A stretch of 64,000 nt of DNA from a virus (Duplodnaviria; Caudoviricetes). The stretch spans positions 64,001-128,000 of IMG/VR virus record IMGVR_UViG_3300005077_000489; one strand, 5' to 3'. The number at the start of each line of letters is the position of its first letter. Within the stretch, counting starts at the first letter, position 1. Under the pieces are notes generated by a model. That model was not told the origin of the DNA and did not search any database. It saw nothing but the letters and a program-made list of their open reading frames with translations. The position numbers were made by a program, and so were the translations under genes. Below, in pieces: positions 1 through 9,016 of the stretch.

Positions 1-1
1 G

Positions 2-175
2 AAGGCAAATAACATTCCCGTCATATTTATTACAGGGTTAGAATATAATGTAGAATTATATCAAGAAGCGAAAAAGATTAGTGAGAATGATTCTGGTGCT
101 GGAATAAACACGGAACTTGTTCGGAAGCCTATTTCTATACATAAGTTAACGGAATTAGTTGATAAGGTAGCGTAG
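2..175 (+). CDS. Response-regulator receiver (CheY-like) protein, 5'-truncated by window edge
   Basis: Not in ORF track. Frame 2 reads KANNIPVIFITGLEYNVELYQEAKKISENDSGAGINTELVRKPISIHKLTELVDKVA*, with the REC beta4 IPVIFITG and conserved KP motifs. Its stop TAG overlaps the GTG start of the kinase (TAGTG at 173-177). Confidence 0.75.
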   Translation, partial: KANNIPVIFITGLEYNVELYQEAKKISENDSGAGINTELVRKPISIHKLTELVDKVA

Positions 176-3036
176 TGGACCCACTAACATATATAAATGT
201 GTTAATTATAGACGACGAAGAAGAAATAGTATCTTTATTTTCTAAGATGCTGTCAAGGTCTACTTTTCCCTTTTTTTCTGTTACTACTTGTTACGATTTG
301 GAGTATCTTAACTGTAATATTAACAGTAGTGTTGACGTGGTCTTGCTAGATTTGAATCTAAAATCTTCGCGGGGACTAGAAACTTTAAAACGTTTTTTAT
401 TAATGTGCCCAAAAACCCCAGTTGTCGTTATTACAGGAAGTACAGAAGTAGGTTTAGCCTACGAGTGTTTTCAATTAGGTGTTAGTGACTTCATAATAAA
501 ACCTAACGTAAGCGATATTCTTTTACAAAAGGTTTGTGTATATTCTATTATTCGTCATAAGGCTTTAGCAGAACTAGAACAAACGCAAGCTAAATTATCT
601 GGATTCATGGATGCAGCTCCGATAGGGTTAGGTACGGCAGCATACAGAAGAATTATATCTGTAAATTCTTTTCTGTGTAAAATGTTGGGGTATAGCGAGG
701 AAGAGTTGGTAGGACAAGATGCCAGAATCATATATTCTGATGAGGAGGAATATCAAAGAGTAGGGAATCTAAAGTATAATAATTTTAGAGAGCAGAAAAA
801 AGTAGCAATAGAGTGCAAGTGGAAAAAGAAAACAGGAGAAATAATAGACATCTATTTGTGTTCAAATTTCATCAATAGTGAGGATTCCTCCGCTAACGTT
901 ATTTTTACTGCGATGGATATTACAGAGCTTAACGAAGCAAAGAAACAGATAGAGAAGGCGAGGGATAAAGCACAGAATTATTTGAATATTGCTGGAACTA
1001 TGATATTAGCTCTCAATAACAAAGCTGAGGTAGTGCTAATTAATAAAAAGGGATGTGAGATAGTCGGACTACCACAAGAAGAGGTTTTAGGAAAGAATTG
1101 GATAAATAATTTTGTGCCTTTGGAGTCTCGTGAAGAAACCTGGTTAATTTTTAATACCTTAATGTTTTCTAAAGAGGTAATAGAAGACCATGCCCATATA
1201 AACTGGATAGAGTGCAAAGGCGGCGGTAGAAGACTTATAAAGTGGCAAAATACAATAGGTAAGACTAATGGATACATCCTCAGCTCTGGGGAGGACATAA
1301 CTGATGCTCATTATATGCAAGAAGAACTACGTAAGAGCGAAGCAAAATATAGAAGTGTGGTGGAAACTGCGGGCGAAGGAATAATTATAACACAGAATGA
1401 GGTTGTTAAATTAATAAATAAAAGTATTACAGACTTATTTGGATATACTGAAGAGGATATGGTTGGTCATAGTATGTATGAATTCTTACACCCAGATTCT
1501 GTTGATGAAGTCAAGTCTAATCATTTAAAGAGAATGGCGGGGGAGATATTAGATAGTAAGAATTATGTCATAAAGGGTTTTGATAAAAGTAGAAATATTA
1601 AATATGTGGATTACCGAGTAACAACTGTAGATTGGGGAGGTAGCCCTGCCTCCTTGGGTTTTGTTAGTGATATAACCGAGAAGTTGACATTGGAACAGAG
1701 GCAGCATCTTATTATTGATATACTGCGTGTATTAAATGAGCCTTATTCAGGCAAACAAACTGTTAAAACTATTTTGGAGAAAATACGGGAATTTACCGGA
1801 GCCGATGCTGTGGCTATACGTTTAAAAGATGGTCATGATTATCCTTATTTTGTCTACAAAGGGTTTTCTAAAGAATTTATAGATGCAGAAAACTATTTGT
1901 GTAAGTATGGAGCAGACTCGGGGTGCCTAGTTACAGAACCTAGTGGTAAGCCTGTATTAGAGTGTATGTGTGGTTGTGTAATAAGGGGGTATGTGGATAA
2001 GTCCTTGCCTTTTTTTACTGAAAATGGTAGTTTCTGGATCAATGGTTCTACTTCATTACGTCAGATAACACCAAAGGAGCTGATGGGTAACACTAGGAAT
2101 ACGTGCAATACGGAGGGCTACGAATCTATAGCTATAATTCCCTTAAAAGCCGGTGAAGAGATTATTGGTACATTACAGATTAATGATAAGAGGGAATATT
2201 ACTTTAGTAAAGAATTAATAGAGTTTATGGAGCGGCTAGCTGCTAGTATTGGTGTGGCTGTAAAGAGAGTATGGACTGAAGAAGCTTTAACAAGAATAGA
2301 AATTGCTAAGACACAAGATTTACTAGAGGCGTCACGCTTTTTGAATGCAGGAATAGCACATGAACTTAGGACTCCTTTGCAAGCTATATTAAATTCTTTT
2401 GAATACATAAAAACCGTGTCTTCGGAGGAATGTGCCGATCAAGAAAGCCAGTGTAATTGCAAAGCAGAAGTTTCTGAAATAGCTTCAGAGGGTATAGATA
2501 GAACTGATTATGCTATACAAGTGCTTGACTCATTAGCAGAATATTCAAAAATTGCCTCTAGTAGTGAAAAACATTTAATTAACCTTTTTATAGAATTGAA
2601 GACAATATTGACAACTTTAAGGTATACTGACCAGTTTAAGTCATTTACTGACGATACACTTAAATTAGAAGGTAAGCCTATCGGTTGTTCGATTAGAATG
2701 AATCGTGTTGATTTTCAGCAATTAATTGTCAATTTGTGTAAGAACGCCAGAGAGGCAATACAACACGATGACCCTGTCATTGGTATCACATTATACACAG
2801 ATAATAATGATGCCATAATAAGAGTTAGGGATAATGGTAGAGGAATATCACATAAGATAGGTAATAAGATATTTGAGCCATTCTTTTCTACCAAGGATAA
2901 TCCCGAATCACAAAGTCAGGGGCTCGGTCTGGCTATCGTAAAGAATATAGTTACCGCTTATGGAGGAACTGTAGATTATAATAGTCGCCCGGGCGACACG
3001 GAGTTTATAGTTAGATTTCCGTGTGATAAAGAATAG
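175..3036 (+). CDS. Hybrid sensor histidine kinase (REC-PAS-PAS-PAS-GAF-HisKA-HATPase_c)
   Basis: REC: VLIIDDEE, VLLDLNL, VVVITG, FIIKP. Three PAS starts (FMDAAPIG..GYSEEELVGQ; YLNIAGTM..EEVLGKNW; VVETAGEG..EEDMVGHS). GAF with CMCGCVIRG..GSFW..EGYESIAIIPL. H-box AHELRTPL; N/G1/F/G2 boxes NLCKNAREA, DNGRGI, FEPFFSTK, GLGLAIV. Confidence 0.95.
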   Translation: MDPLTYINVLIIDDEEEIVSLFSKMLSRSTFPFFSVTTCYDLEYLNCNINSSVDVVLLDLNLKSSRGLETLKRFLLMCPKTPVVVITGSTEVGLAYECFQLGVSDFIIKPNVSDILLQKVCVYSIIRHKALAELEQTQAKLSGFMDAAPIGLGTAAYRRIISVNSFLCKMLGYSEEELVGQDARIIYSDEEEYQRVGNLKYNNFREQKKVAIECKWKKKTGEIIDIYLCSNFINSEDSSANVIFTAMDITELNEAKKQIEKARDKAQNYLNIAGTMILALNNKAEVVLINKKGCEIVGLPQEEVLGKNWINNFVPLESREETWLIFNTLMFSKEVIEDHAHINWIECKGGGRRLIKWQNTIGKTNGYILSSGEDITDAHYMQEELRKSEAKYRSVVETAGEGIIITQNEVVKLINKSITDLFGYTEEDMVGHSMYEFLHPDSVDEVKSNHLKRMAGEILDSKNYVIKGFDKSRNIKYVDYRVTTVDWGGSPASLGFVSDITEKLTLEQRQHLIIDILRVLNEPYSGKQTVKTILEKIREFTGADAVAIRLKDGHDYPYFVYKGFSKEFIDAENYLCKYGADSGCLVTEPSGKPVLECMCGCVIRGYVDKSLPFFTENGSFWINGSTSLRQITPKELMGNTRNTCNTEGYESIAIIPLKAGEEIIGTLQINDKREYYFSKELIEFMERLAASIGVAVKRVWTEEALTRIEIAKTQDLLEASRFLNAGIAHELRTPLQAILNSFEYIKTVSSEECADQESQCNCKAEVSEIASEGIDRTDYAIQVLDSLAEYSKIASSSEKHLINLFIELKTILTTLRYTDQFKSFTDDTLKLEGKPIGCSIRMNRVDFQQLIVNLCKNAREAIQHDDPVIGITLYTDNNDAIIRVRDNGRGISHKIGNKIFEPFFSTKDNPESQSQGLGLAIVKNIVTAYGGTVDYNSRPGDTEFIVRFPCDKE

Positions 3037-3053
3037 GTTAGGAGGATTTTGTT

Positions 3054-3659
3054 ATGGAGTGTAAAATAAGAAATATTACAAATGGCTACGGCTGGGTCTT
3101 GAAGCACCAAGTAGGACCTAATGAGAGCTTGGATTTAAGAAAGATTTTTGCTGGTTTCTGCCAACCTAAGGTAAGTTCCAGAGAGGATTTAACAAAACTT
3201 AAAGCTGCAGAGAAACGTGGTAGTAAGATTCCATTTAAAGCGGCGTGGTCCCCAGACCAGTTTGATGCATTCGTTGATTGGGTGCAGAATGAGGTTGCTA
3301 CGGATAGGCGTAAATGGGTATTCGAGTTTTCTGATATTGATAACGGGGAGGAGCCGGTTCAAAAGGTAAAGGCTACTAGAGCACCCGTCGATTCTACTAA
3401 GATTAGGAAATCCGAAAACAAAAAATCTACATCGGGGACTAGAGCAGTGAGGCGTAAAATCTCTAAGGATGAATATACGGCTAAGCAAATAGCTTGGTTT
3501 GAATATAACGACCAAAATAAGAAGGTTATATCTGAGTGTAGTGATGTACGCAAATTGAAAATGGCTCTTAAGTTAGCCAGAAATTTAGCGGGTCAAGAGC
3601 GTGTCAGAATATTAATAGAGGAAAGAATAGTAGATTTAGGGACAGAAGGAATTAGTTAA
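3054..3659 (+). CDS. Hypothetical phage protein (201 aa, basic, helical C-terminus)
   Basis: ORF with AGGAGG RBS; its stop overlaps the next start (TAATG). No motif recognised. Confidence 0.7.
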   Translation: MECKIRNITNGYGWVLKHQVGPNESLDLRKIFAGFCQPKVSSREDLTKLKAAEKRGSKIPFKAAWSPDQFDAFVDWVQNEVATDRRKWVFEFSDIDNGEEPVQKVKATRAPVDSTKIRKSENKKSTSGTRAVRRKISKDEYTAKQIAWFEYNDQNKKVISECSDVRKLKMALKLARNLAGQERVRILIEERIVDLGTEGIS

Positions 3660-4219
3660 TGACTCTTGTACCAACAGAGTTTTTGGATGCTTTTACTGAG
3701 GACCAAAGGCAATTAATTAACGATCTAAGTCGTTCAATAAAAATTGGATTGAGTCCAACTAAGGAAGATTGCCCTAATTGCTATTATGATGGTATGGCTG
3801 GGTCCTCAGCAGCTATTCATACATCTTTTGTTGGTTCAATAACTGTTTTTGCCGGGACTGCAGACGAGAGGACTTATACTGCAGTCCCTTTTAATAACAT
3901 ATGCCCAATATGCAGGGGTAAGGGTTACCTAGTTAGTTCTAATGAGAAGACTCTTTCTGCACATGTGTGGTGGTATAGTAACGATAAGGTAGGTCAGAGT
4001 TATCCAGATTCACCCGTAGGTTATTCAGGACAGAATGTTGTTAAAATAAAAAGTCATAGCGATAATTATAGTGACTTCAAAAATGCTCTCTATTTTGTAA
4101 TAGACGGGGTAACAGTGTTGCCTAGTTCTACCCCTGTCCTACGCGGGATGGGTACGTCCGAAGGTATAGTGGAAATCTTTTGTAAAACATCTGACTCCAG
4201 TAAGGATGTAAAGAAGTGA
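3659..4219 (+). CDS. Putative head-closure/neck protein with CxxC...CxxC zinc-finger motif
   Basis: CPNC...CPICRGKG motif of the kind seen in neck proteins of large phages; lies immediately before the tail completion genes. Confidence 0.55.
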   Translation: MTLVPTEFLDAFTEDQRQLINDLSRSIKIGLSPTKEDCPNCYYDGMAGSSAAIHTSFVGSITVFAGTADERTYTAVPFNNICPICRGKGYLVSSNEKTLSAHVWWYSNDKVGQSYPDSPVGYSGQNVVKIKSHSDNYSDFKNALYFVIDGVTVLPSSTPVLRGMGTSEGIVEIFCKTSDSSKDVKK

Positions 4220-4223
4220 TAAT

Positions 4224-4829
4224 ATGCAGGCTATAAAAGAAATAACGGACGACTTAAAGAAATCGATTTTCGAATATATGCGTTCCGACGGTCCCGGCGG
4301 AATGCGTATCATAAATGCCTTTTTAGATGAATTTAAAGAACTTAGTGACAGATCTCCGCAGGATGATCCGACTAATTTAAAAAATCACATGCCTTTTATT
4401 GTTAAGCATCTAAAAGAAACGTGGGATTCCAGTCTAAATATAGCCGATGATGGAACTATATCTATCGGGGTGTGTAAAGACGAAGTTTTAGGTATAGAGG
4501 AAGATAGAGAAAAACTAAAGCATAATCCTACCCCGATAGTTTGGACAGTTTATTTGATACGTGGTATTGGGGGACGTTACGCTTTTGTAAATCCACAAAC
4601 ATATTTTTTAAAGCATGGTAGTCCTATGCCCCCGCAATACTTTGGTGGATTTCTTATAAACAGAGGAGACTGGGAGAGAGAGGGTTGGAGCGAAGCCGTA
4701 GGATCTTTTGAACAGTATGAGCATCCTGCGTCTGGTGCATCTCCTATACCTTTTTATAAGAATATATTAAGCCGCATAGATTTACGTTCCATAATTGCGG
4801 AGGCTATAGGGGCGGCGGAAAAGAGATGA
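4224..4829 (+). CDS. Putative neck/tail-completion protein (HK97 gp10-like position)
   Basis: Position between head-closure-like and terminator-like genes, plus size. Function inferred from synteny only. Confidence 0.45.
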   Translation: MQAIKEITDDLKKSIFEYMRSDGPGGMRIINAFLDEFKELSDRSPQDDPTNLKNHMPFIVKHLKETWDSSLNIADDGTISIGVCKDEVLGIEEDREKLKHNPTPIVWTVYLIRGIGGRYAFVNPQTYFLKHGSPMPPQYFGGFLINRGDWEREGWSEAVGSFEQYEHPASGASPIPFYKNILSRIDLRSIIAEAIGAAEKR

Positions 4830-5623
4830 AATTAACTAGACAAGAAGATATAAGTGTTTATTTATACATAAAGGATATGGTAATAGGACCGCGGTATTAT
4901 GAGTCTACCATAGGAGACTCGTTAACACAAGTAGAAACAAACCTATGGAATATAGATTATGATGAGGAATTGGATATACACCCATTTCAAAGACCCGAAT
5001 ACTCTGGTCTTGGACGTGGCTTGTTATATTTTGATCATTTAGGGGAGACATGTTTGTTTGGTATAGAACAAGTTAGTTCTCTACGAGTGTATCAGGGTGC
5101 CACTGTAGCATCTGGTTATCGTGTTAATTATTTAAAAGGACAAATTGAAACTTCACAGGATTTGAGTAACTATTTGGTAGACTATGAATGGAATTATGTA
5201 GCTGTTATAGATGCGTGGCCTTATGAAGATGTTCCTGCTCTACCTATAATCAGTATAGAAATGCAAAGCGGTGATAAATCACCTCTACAGATAGGTGGCG
5301 GAGATATCAGAAATGCATCCTGGAACCTGGAGATATTTGCTAATAATAAGGGCGAGCGGGATGATCTATTAGATACTATTTATAATGAATTATATTTACG
5401 CAGATGCAGTATATATTCCTTGTCCAAAGGTCTCCCTCTGGATATGAAAGGATTTTATAATTTAGAATTTGATAGTTCTATTAATAATGAATATAAATAT
5501 TTACATTTTGAGAATATAGAGAAACGTCTCACTGGTTTACCACGTTGGGGATTTTATAGTCAGGAACTTATAAACAGATATAGAGCACAAATTACTTTTG
5601 ATACCATTGCCTATAAGTTATAA
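4826..5623 (+). CDS. Putative tail terminator protein
   Basis: LPIISIE...LQIGGG...WNLEIFANNKGERDDLLDTIYNEL pattern typical of tail terminators; directly upstream of the major tail gene. Confidence 0.65.
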   Translation: MKLTRQEDISVYLYIKDMVIGPRYYESTIGDSLTQVETNLWNIDYDEELDIHPFQRPEYSGLGRGLLYFDHLGETCLFGIEQVSSLRVYQGATVASGYRVNYLKGQIETSQDLSNYLVDYEWNYVAVIDAWPYEDVPALPIISIEMQSGDKSPLQIGGGDIRNASWNLEIFANNKGERDDLLDTIYNELYLRRCSIYSLSKGLPLDMKGFYNLEFDSSINNEYKYLHFENIEKRLTGLPRWGFYSQELINRYRAQITFDTIAYKL

Positions 5624-5795
5624 CAATTATTTAACTAACTTTGTTTTAAACAGTGAATGAACTTTCTATAAGGAAAGGGATAGGATTTCACCTTGATTAA
5701 TCGATATGGATGTCTATGCCCCCATAGCGTAAAACGTAAGTTTTTTGGCATCCAGTCTATAAATTAGGACCTTTTCGTTAGGAGGAAAAAATAAT

Positions 5796-7526
5796 ATGGC
5801 TAAACGAAATCGTATTCTTTACGCTTCCCAGGCTGTGCATGCTAATGGTCATATCCTTTATCGTGTGCAGACTTTGGGAAGTAATACGACCTTTACCTCT
5901 GAAGACGTATTTGAACTTGGACACCTTGATAGGGTTGATGTTGTTGACGATGTCCCCGCCGTAGCAGTGGCAATCGATACCAACGACTTCGGTGCACCTG
6001 AAACTATGGCAACACTAGCTGGTCTGAACCCGTCACGTATGACTGGTTCCCCTAGTTCTAGTGGGTCTTATTTACGTACAGATATTTCTTGTACCGGTTC
6101 CGGAGTTAGATACTATCATGGTGTGGCTCTCTCTCATTTTAGTGATGCTTATACCAAGATTTGGGCTCCCGTCCAAAACGAGGCTTCTTTGGGCACTCTA
6201 GATGATGACGTTCAAATGACATTATTTATGGATAAGGTTTATGTTAACTCCATGACTCTTACGTATAATGTTGGAGCCACTGCCACAGAGAATTACGCGG
6301 GTGAAACCGATAATAAGATGTGGTTGGTCAACGGCGGGAAATTTGTATCCCAGGAAGAATGGGATATTTTATCACCGTCCAACAGTCAAGAGTTGTATTT
6401 AGGTATACCCAATTCTGCTAGTATCCCAGCATTGAGTAATTGTAAGACTGCTTTCTTATGCTTTACTGATACTGGCGAAGAAGGTATTATGGTTAAAGCT
6501 TCAACAGATAAGTATGGTACTGTATACCCAGTTCGTACTGCCGCCGCAAGTGGTGTATTCGGTTATACCTCGGCTACACAGACCCTAACTTTACCTACTA
6601 ATGCTGCTACATTGTGGCCTTATGCATCCAAGGGGTATAAGATTGTGGCTGTTTATGCTGCTAGTCAGTACGCTGCTTTGAACGGTAATACTGCTGCTTC
6701 TGATCCTGCAAAGGATTCGAAAAGAGTATATGCTAAGTATTTTGAGTTAGTATCCTCAACAGATGCTCCCGATGCCCCTGCAAACTCTCTTCCAGAGGAT
6801 GTTGGTGCTGTAAGGCAGGGTCAAGTTGAAGTATATCTAGTTGACCCAGACTTGCTGTCTGGAAAGACTAATGCCGATTGGTCTATGTTACTTCGTATGC
6901 AGTCCGTTACTATTACTGCTAATCCGACAAGAACGCCATTGAATGAGTTGGGGCATTTACGTCCTTATGCTCGTCCGATGAATTTCCCTGTTGAAATTAC
7001 CACTAATACTACAGCGACTGCTTCCGACCTTGAGTTATGGGCGACATTTGCCGGTTATACCCCCGCTGATTATGACGCTGGTGGGTCCGGAACTGATATC
7101 GCCTTGACTAATCTAATGTCTAAAAATAATCTTATTCTTATAATTAAGATTTTCCAACAGACAGATGATGAGGCCGGTGGAAGTGGTATGGATAGAAAAG
7201 CTATGCTTCCTACCATGGCTGGTAAAGAGTATTATGATTGGGACGGTGCTGGTACATACCCGTCTTATAATCCGGCTAGTGCTGGAATGGTTGGTTCATG
7301 CGTTGAACCACCGAGGGAACGACCCCTTAAGACTGTTATAGTCCCTGGTTTGAAGATTACTGCCGAGAACTTCCAAAACGCAGCCGGAGGCGGCGGAGGC
7401 GGAGGTGCTGGTGCTACTCAGGAATTTAATTTCCGTTCGACCAACGAACTATATGTAGTAAAGGGTGATGTTGATATTCAGGACGTTAATTGTGTAGAGG
7501 TTAATGCTTCTGCAGACTTGTTCTAA
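5796..7526 (+). CDS. Major tail tube protein with two tandem tube-fold repeats
   Basis: Strong RBS, position before chaperones and TMP, tube-type motif R-x-Q-x14-ELGHL present twice (aa 23-44 and 367-388). Confidence 0.8.
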   Translation: MAKRNRILYASQAVHANGHILYRVQTLGSNTTFTSEDVFELGHLDRVDVVDDVPAVAVAIDTNDFGAPETMATLAGLNPSRMTGSPSSSGSYLRTDISCTGSGVRYYHGVALSHFSDAYTKIWAPVQNEASLGTLDDDVQMTLFMDKVYVNSMTLTYNVGATATENYAGETDNKMWLVNGGKFVSQEEWDILSPSNSQELYLGIPNSASIPALSNCKTAFLCFTDTGEEGIMVKASTDKYGTVYPVRTAAASGVFGYTSATQTLTLPTNAATLWPYASKGYKIVAVYAASQYAALNGNTAASDPAKDSKRVYAKYFELVSSTDAPDAPANSLPEDVGAVRQGQVEVYLVDPDLLSGKTNADWSMLLRMQSVTITANPTRTPLNELGHLRPYARPMNFPVEITTNTTATASDLELWATFAGYTPADYDAGGSGTDIALTNLMSKNNLILIIKIFQQTDDEAGGSGMDRKAMLPTMAGKEYYDWDGAGTYPSYNPASAGMVGSCVEPPRERPLKTVIVPGLKITAENFQNAAGGGGGGGAGATQEFNFRSTNELYVVKGDVDIQDVNCVEVNASADLF

Positions 7527-7538
7527 GTCTTGACTTAT

Positions 7539-7578
7539 TATACTAGGCTGACTGCACAAAAGTGGTCAGCCTAGTATA
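7539..7578 (+). terminator. Long perfect inverted repeat after the tail tube gene (terminator-like, or left-end hairpin of the adjacent mini-element)
   Basis: TATACTAGGCTGAC (7539-7552) pairs with GTCAGCCTAGTATA (7565-7578), 14 bp. No clear U-tract follows. Confidence 0.5.
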
Positions 7579-7588
7579 TCTTGTATTA

Positions 7589-7659
7589 CAGTCTGGGGCT
7601 ACAGACTGGCTACGGCAACATAGCAGAAGCCCCCGCCTTTAGGCGTGGGGAGTAGTCAC
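7589..7659 (+). mobile_element. IS200/IS605-family right-end-like structured element without transposase or tnpB (MITE/PATE or orphan omega-RNA scaffold)
   Basis: GAAGCCCCCGCCTTTAGGCGTGGGGAGTAGTCAC (7626-7659) resembles the subterminal hairpin plus TCAC terminus of IS605-type right ends. It is preceded by two small hairpins, one with a GCAA tetraloop. Confidence 0.6.
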
Positions 7660-7743
7660 AAGATTGCTGATTACCACGTTCTTTAACGGCGAGTAAGCAA
7701 TCACGGAACGGTAAGTGTTATAGGAAACGAGGGGAGGTTACTC

Positions 7744-8721
7744 ATGCTTTATGAATTAAACAATACAGATTTTTCATCTGTAGACCCAAATCTACCAATT
7801 ATTTTTTTACAAATTACCAAAACAGGCGGATTAGCCTATTCACAAGCACTGCAATTTATATATAGAGAAAGATTCTGGTGGGGAAACCCCGAAGAGTTGG
7901 CAAAGGCTGTTAATAAAGGTCCATGTACTGTTTTTGCTGGGCATTTTAATCTGGCTTACCCCTGTTATCAGAAAATAGAAAAAAGATTTAATCATGTAAC
8001 ATTACTACAACACCCTATTTCTAGGACGTTAGCAAATTATGAGAATATTCTTATAAATCCGAGACACCCTAGTCATAATATTTGTAAAGAGATGTCATTG
8101 AAAGAAATTTTTAAGCAAGACTATTTTAGGAAAACATTTGGGTATGATGACTTGATCGGTATCTTGTCTTCTATGCGTTTTATAGGTAATAGGACCTGTA
8201 ATTTAACGCAGCAATCCAAGTTTAATCTGTCTAATTTTTTTACCTTCTTTGGTATTGCCGATTATTATACTGAGTTCTTAGACATCTCCAACCGTGTCTT
8301 TGGTTGGCCTGAATACGATTATAAGTCCTTCGATACATTATCAGAGATGAATCACGAAGATTATGCTGATTCAGAGACCCTGTCTCTTATGTCTGATGCA
8401 TACAGGCATGATATAAAATTTTATAATTTTGCTGTGGACTTGTACGAGAAAAACAGATACGCCTGGTTGGGTAAGAGTGATTTATTAGCAGAAGATGCAT
8501 TAGAATTACGAGAAATAAATATTTTTGAAGAAAGGCCGTCCCGTATTGAAGTGGGTAGCCTTGCGTCTAATAAAGAGGAAGAGATACCAGAAGGAGAAAT
8601 AATAGGAGTGGTTGACGAAGCTGCGGCGACTACCCCGGTAGATAGTAGTAAAGTTTCGTTATTCAAACGAATTCTTCTGTGGTTTGGCAGGATATTTAAT
8701 AAGAAAGGAGGAGAGGTGTAA
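7744..8721 (+). CDS. Sulfotransferase-family-2-like protein, apparently degenerate
   Basis: IIFLQITKTGG (cf. FLHIPKTAG), GHF, TLLQHPISRTLANY (cf. TxLRDPxxRxxSxY), FFGIADYY, DIKFYNFA. Both PAPS-binding motifs are altered. Acidic tail and amphipathic C-terminus. Confidence 0.6.
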   Translation: MLYELNNTDFSSVDPNLPIIFLQITKTGGLAYSQALQFIYRERFWWGNPEELAKAVNKGPCTVFAGHFNLAYPCYQKIEKRFNHVTLLQHPISRTLANYENILINPRHPSHNICKEMSLKEIFKQDYFRKTFGYDDLIGILSSMRFIGNRTCNLTQQSKFNLSNFFTFFGIADYYTEFLDISNRVFGWPEYDYKSFDTLSEMNHEDYADSETLSLMSDAYRHDIKFYNFAVDLYEKNRYAWLGKSDLLAEDALELREINIFEERPSRIEVGSLASNKEEEIPEGEIIGVVDEAAATTPVDSSKVSLFKRILLWFGRIFNKKGGEV

Positions 8722-8723
8722 TT

Positions 8724-8996
8724 ATGGCACTAGAAGAGAATAAGTATCAAAAAGATAGTAGAAAAAAATTAGAATATGAATTAGAAAAGATCCAAAAACG
8801 TGCTCAAGGTCAAATACTAGACTATGTTGAAGTAGCCCTTGGAGACCCAGAAAAATTTAAGCCTACTCGGGCTAAAATTAATAGATCAATAAATGAGTTC
8901 ACAAGAGCAATCAAAAAAGAGCTAGAAAGATCTTATACTATAGAATATCAGGCTATAAGTGAAGATATAATTGTAGTGGCTAATAAGTCACGCTAA
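8724..8996 (+). CDS. Hypothetical phage protein (90 aa, helical)
   Basis: ORF with AGGAGG-type RBS between the tail tube and chaperone genes. Confidence 0.65.
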   Translation: MALEENKYQKDSRKKLEYELEKIQKRAQGQILDYVEVALGDPEKFKPTRAKINRSINEFTRAIKKELERSYTIEYQAISEDIIVVANKSR

Positions 8997-9016
8997 GTAA
9001 AGGAGGAGATAGGATT

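Noticed and set aside
7530-7558. Sigma70 promoter from TTGACT at 7530
   Set aside because: No acceptable -10 hexamer at 16-18 nt spacing (TGCACA).
7660-7680. Self-target of the putative omega-RNA guide (TGCTGATTACC also occurs near 19935)
   Set aside because: Only ~11 nt of identity, expected by chance in 64 kb, and no matching TAM checked.
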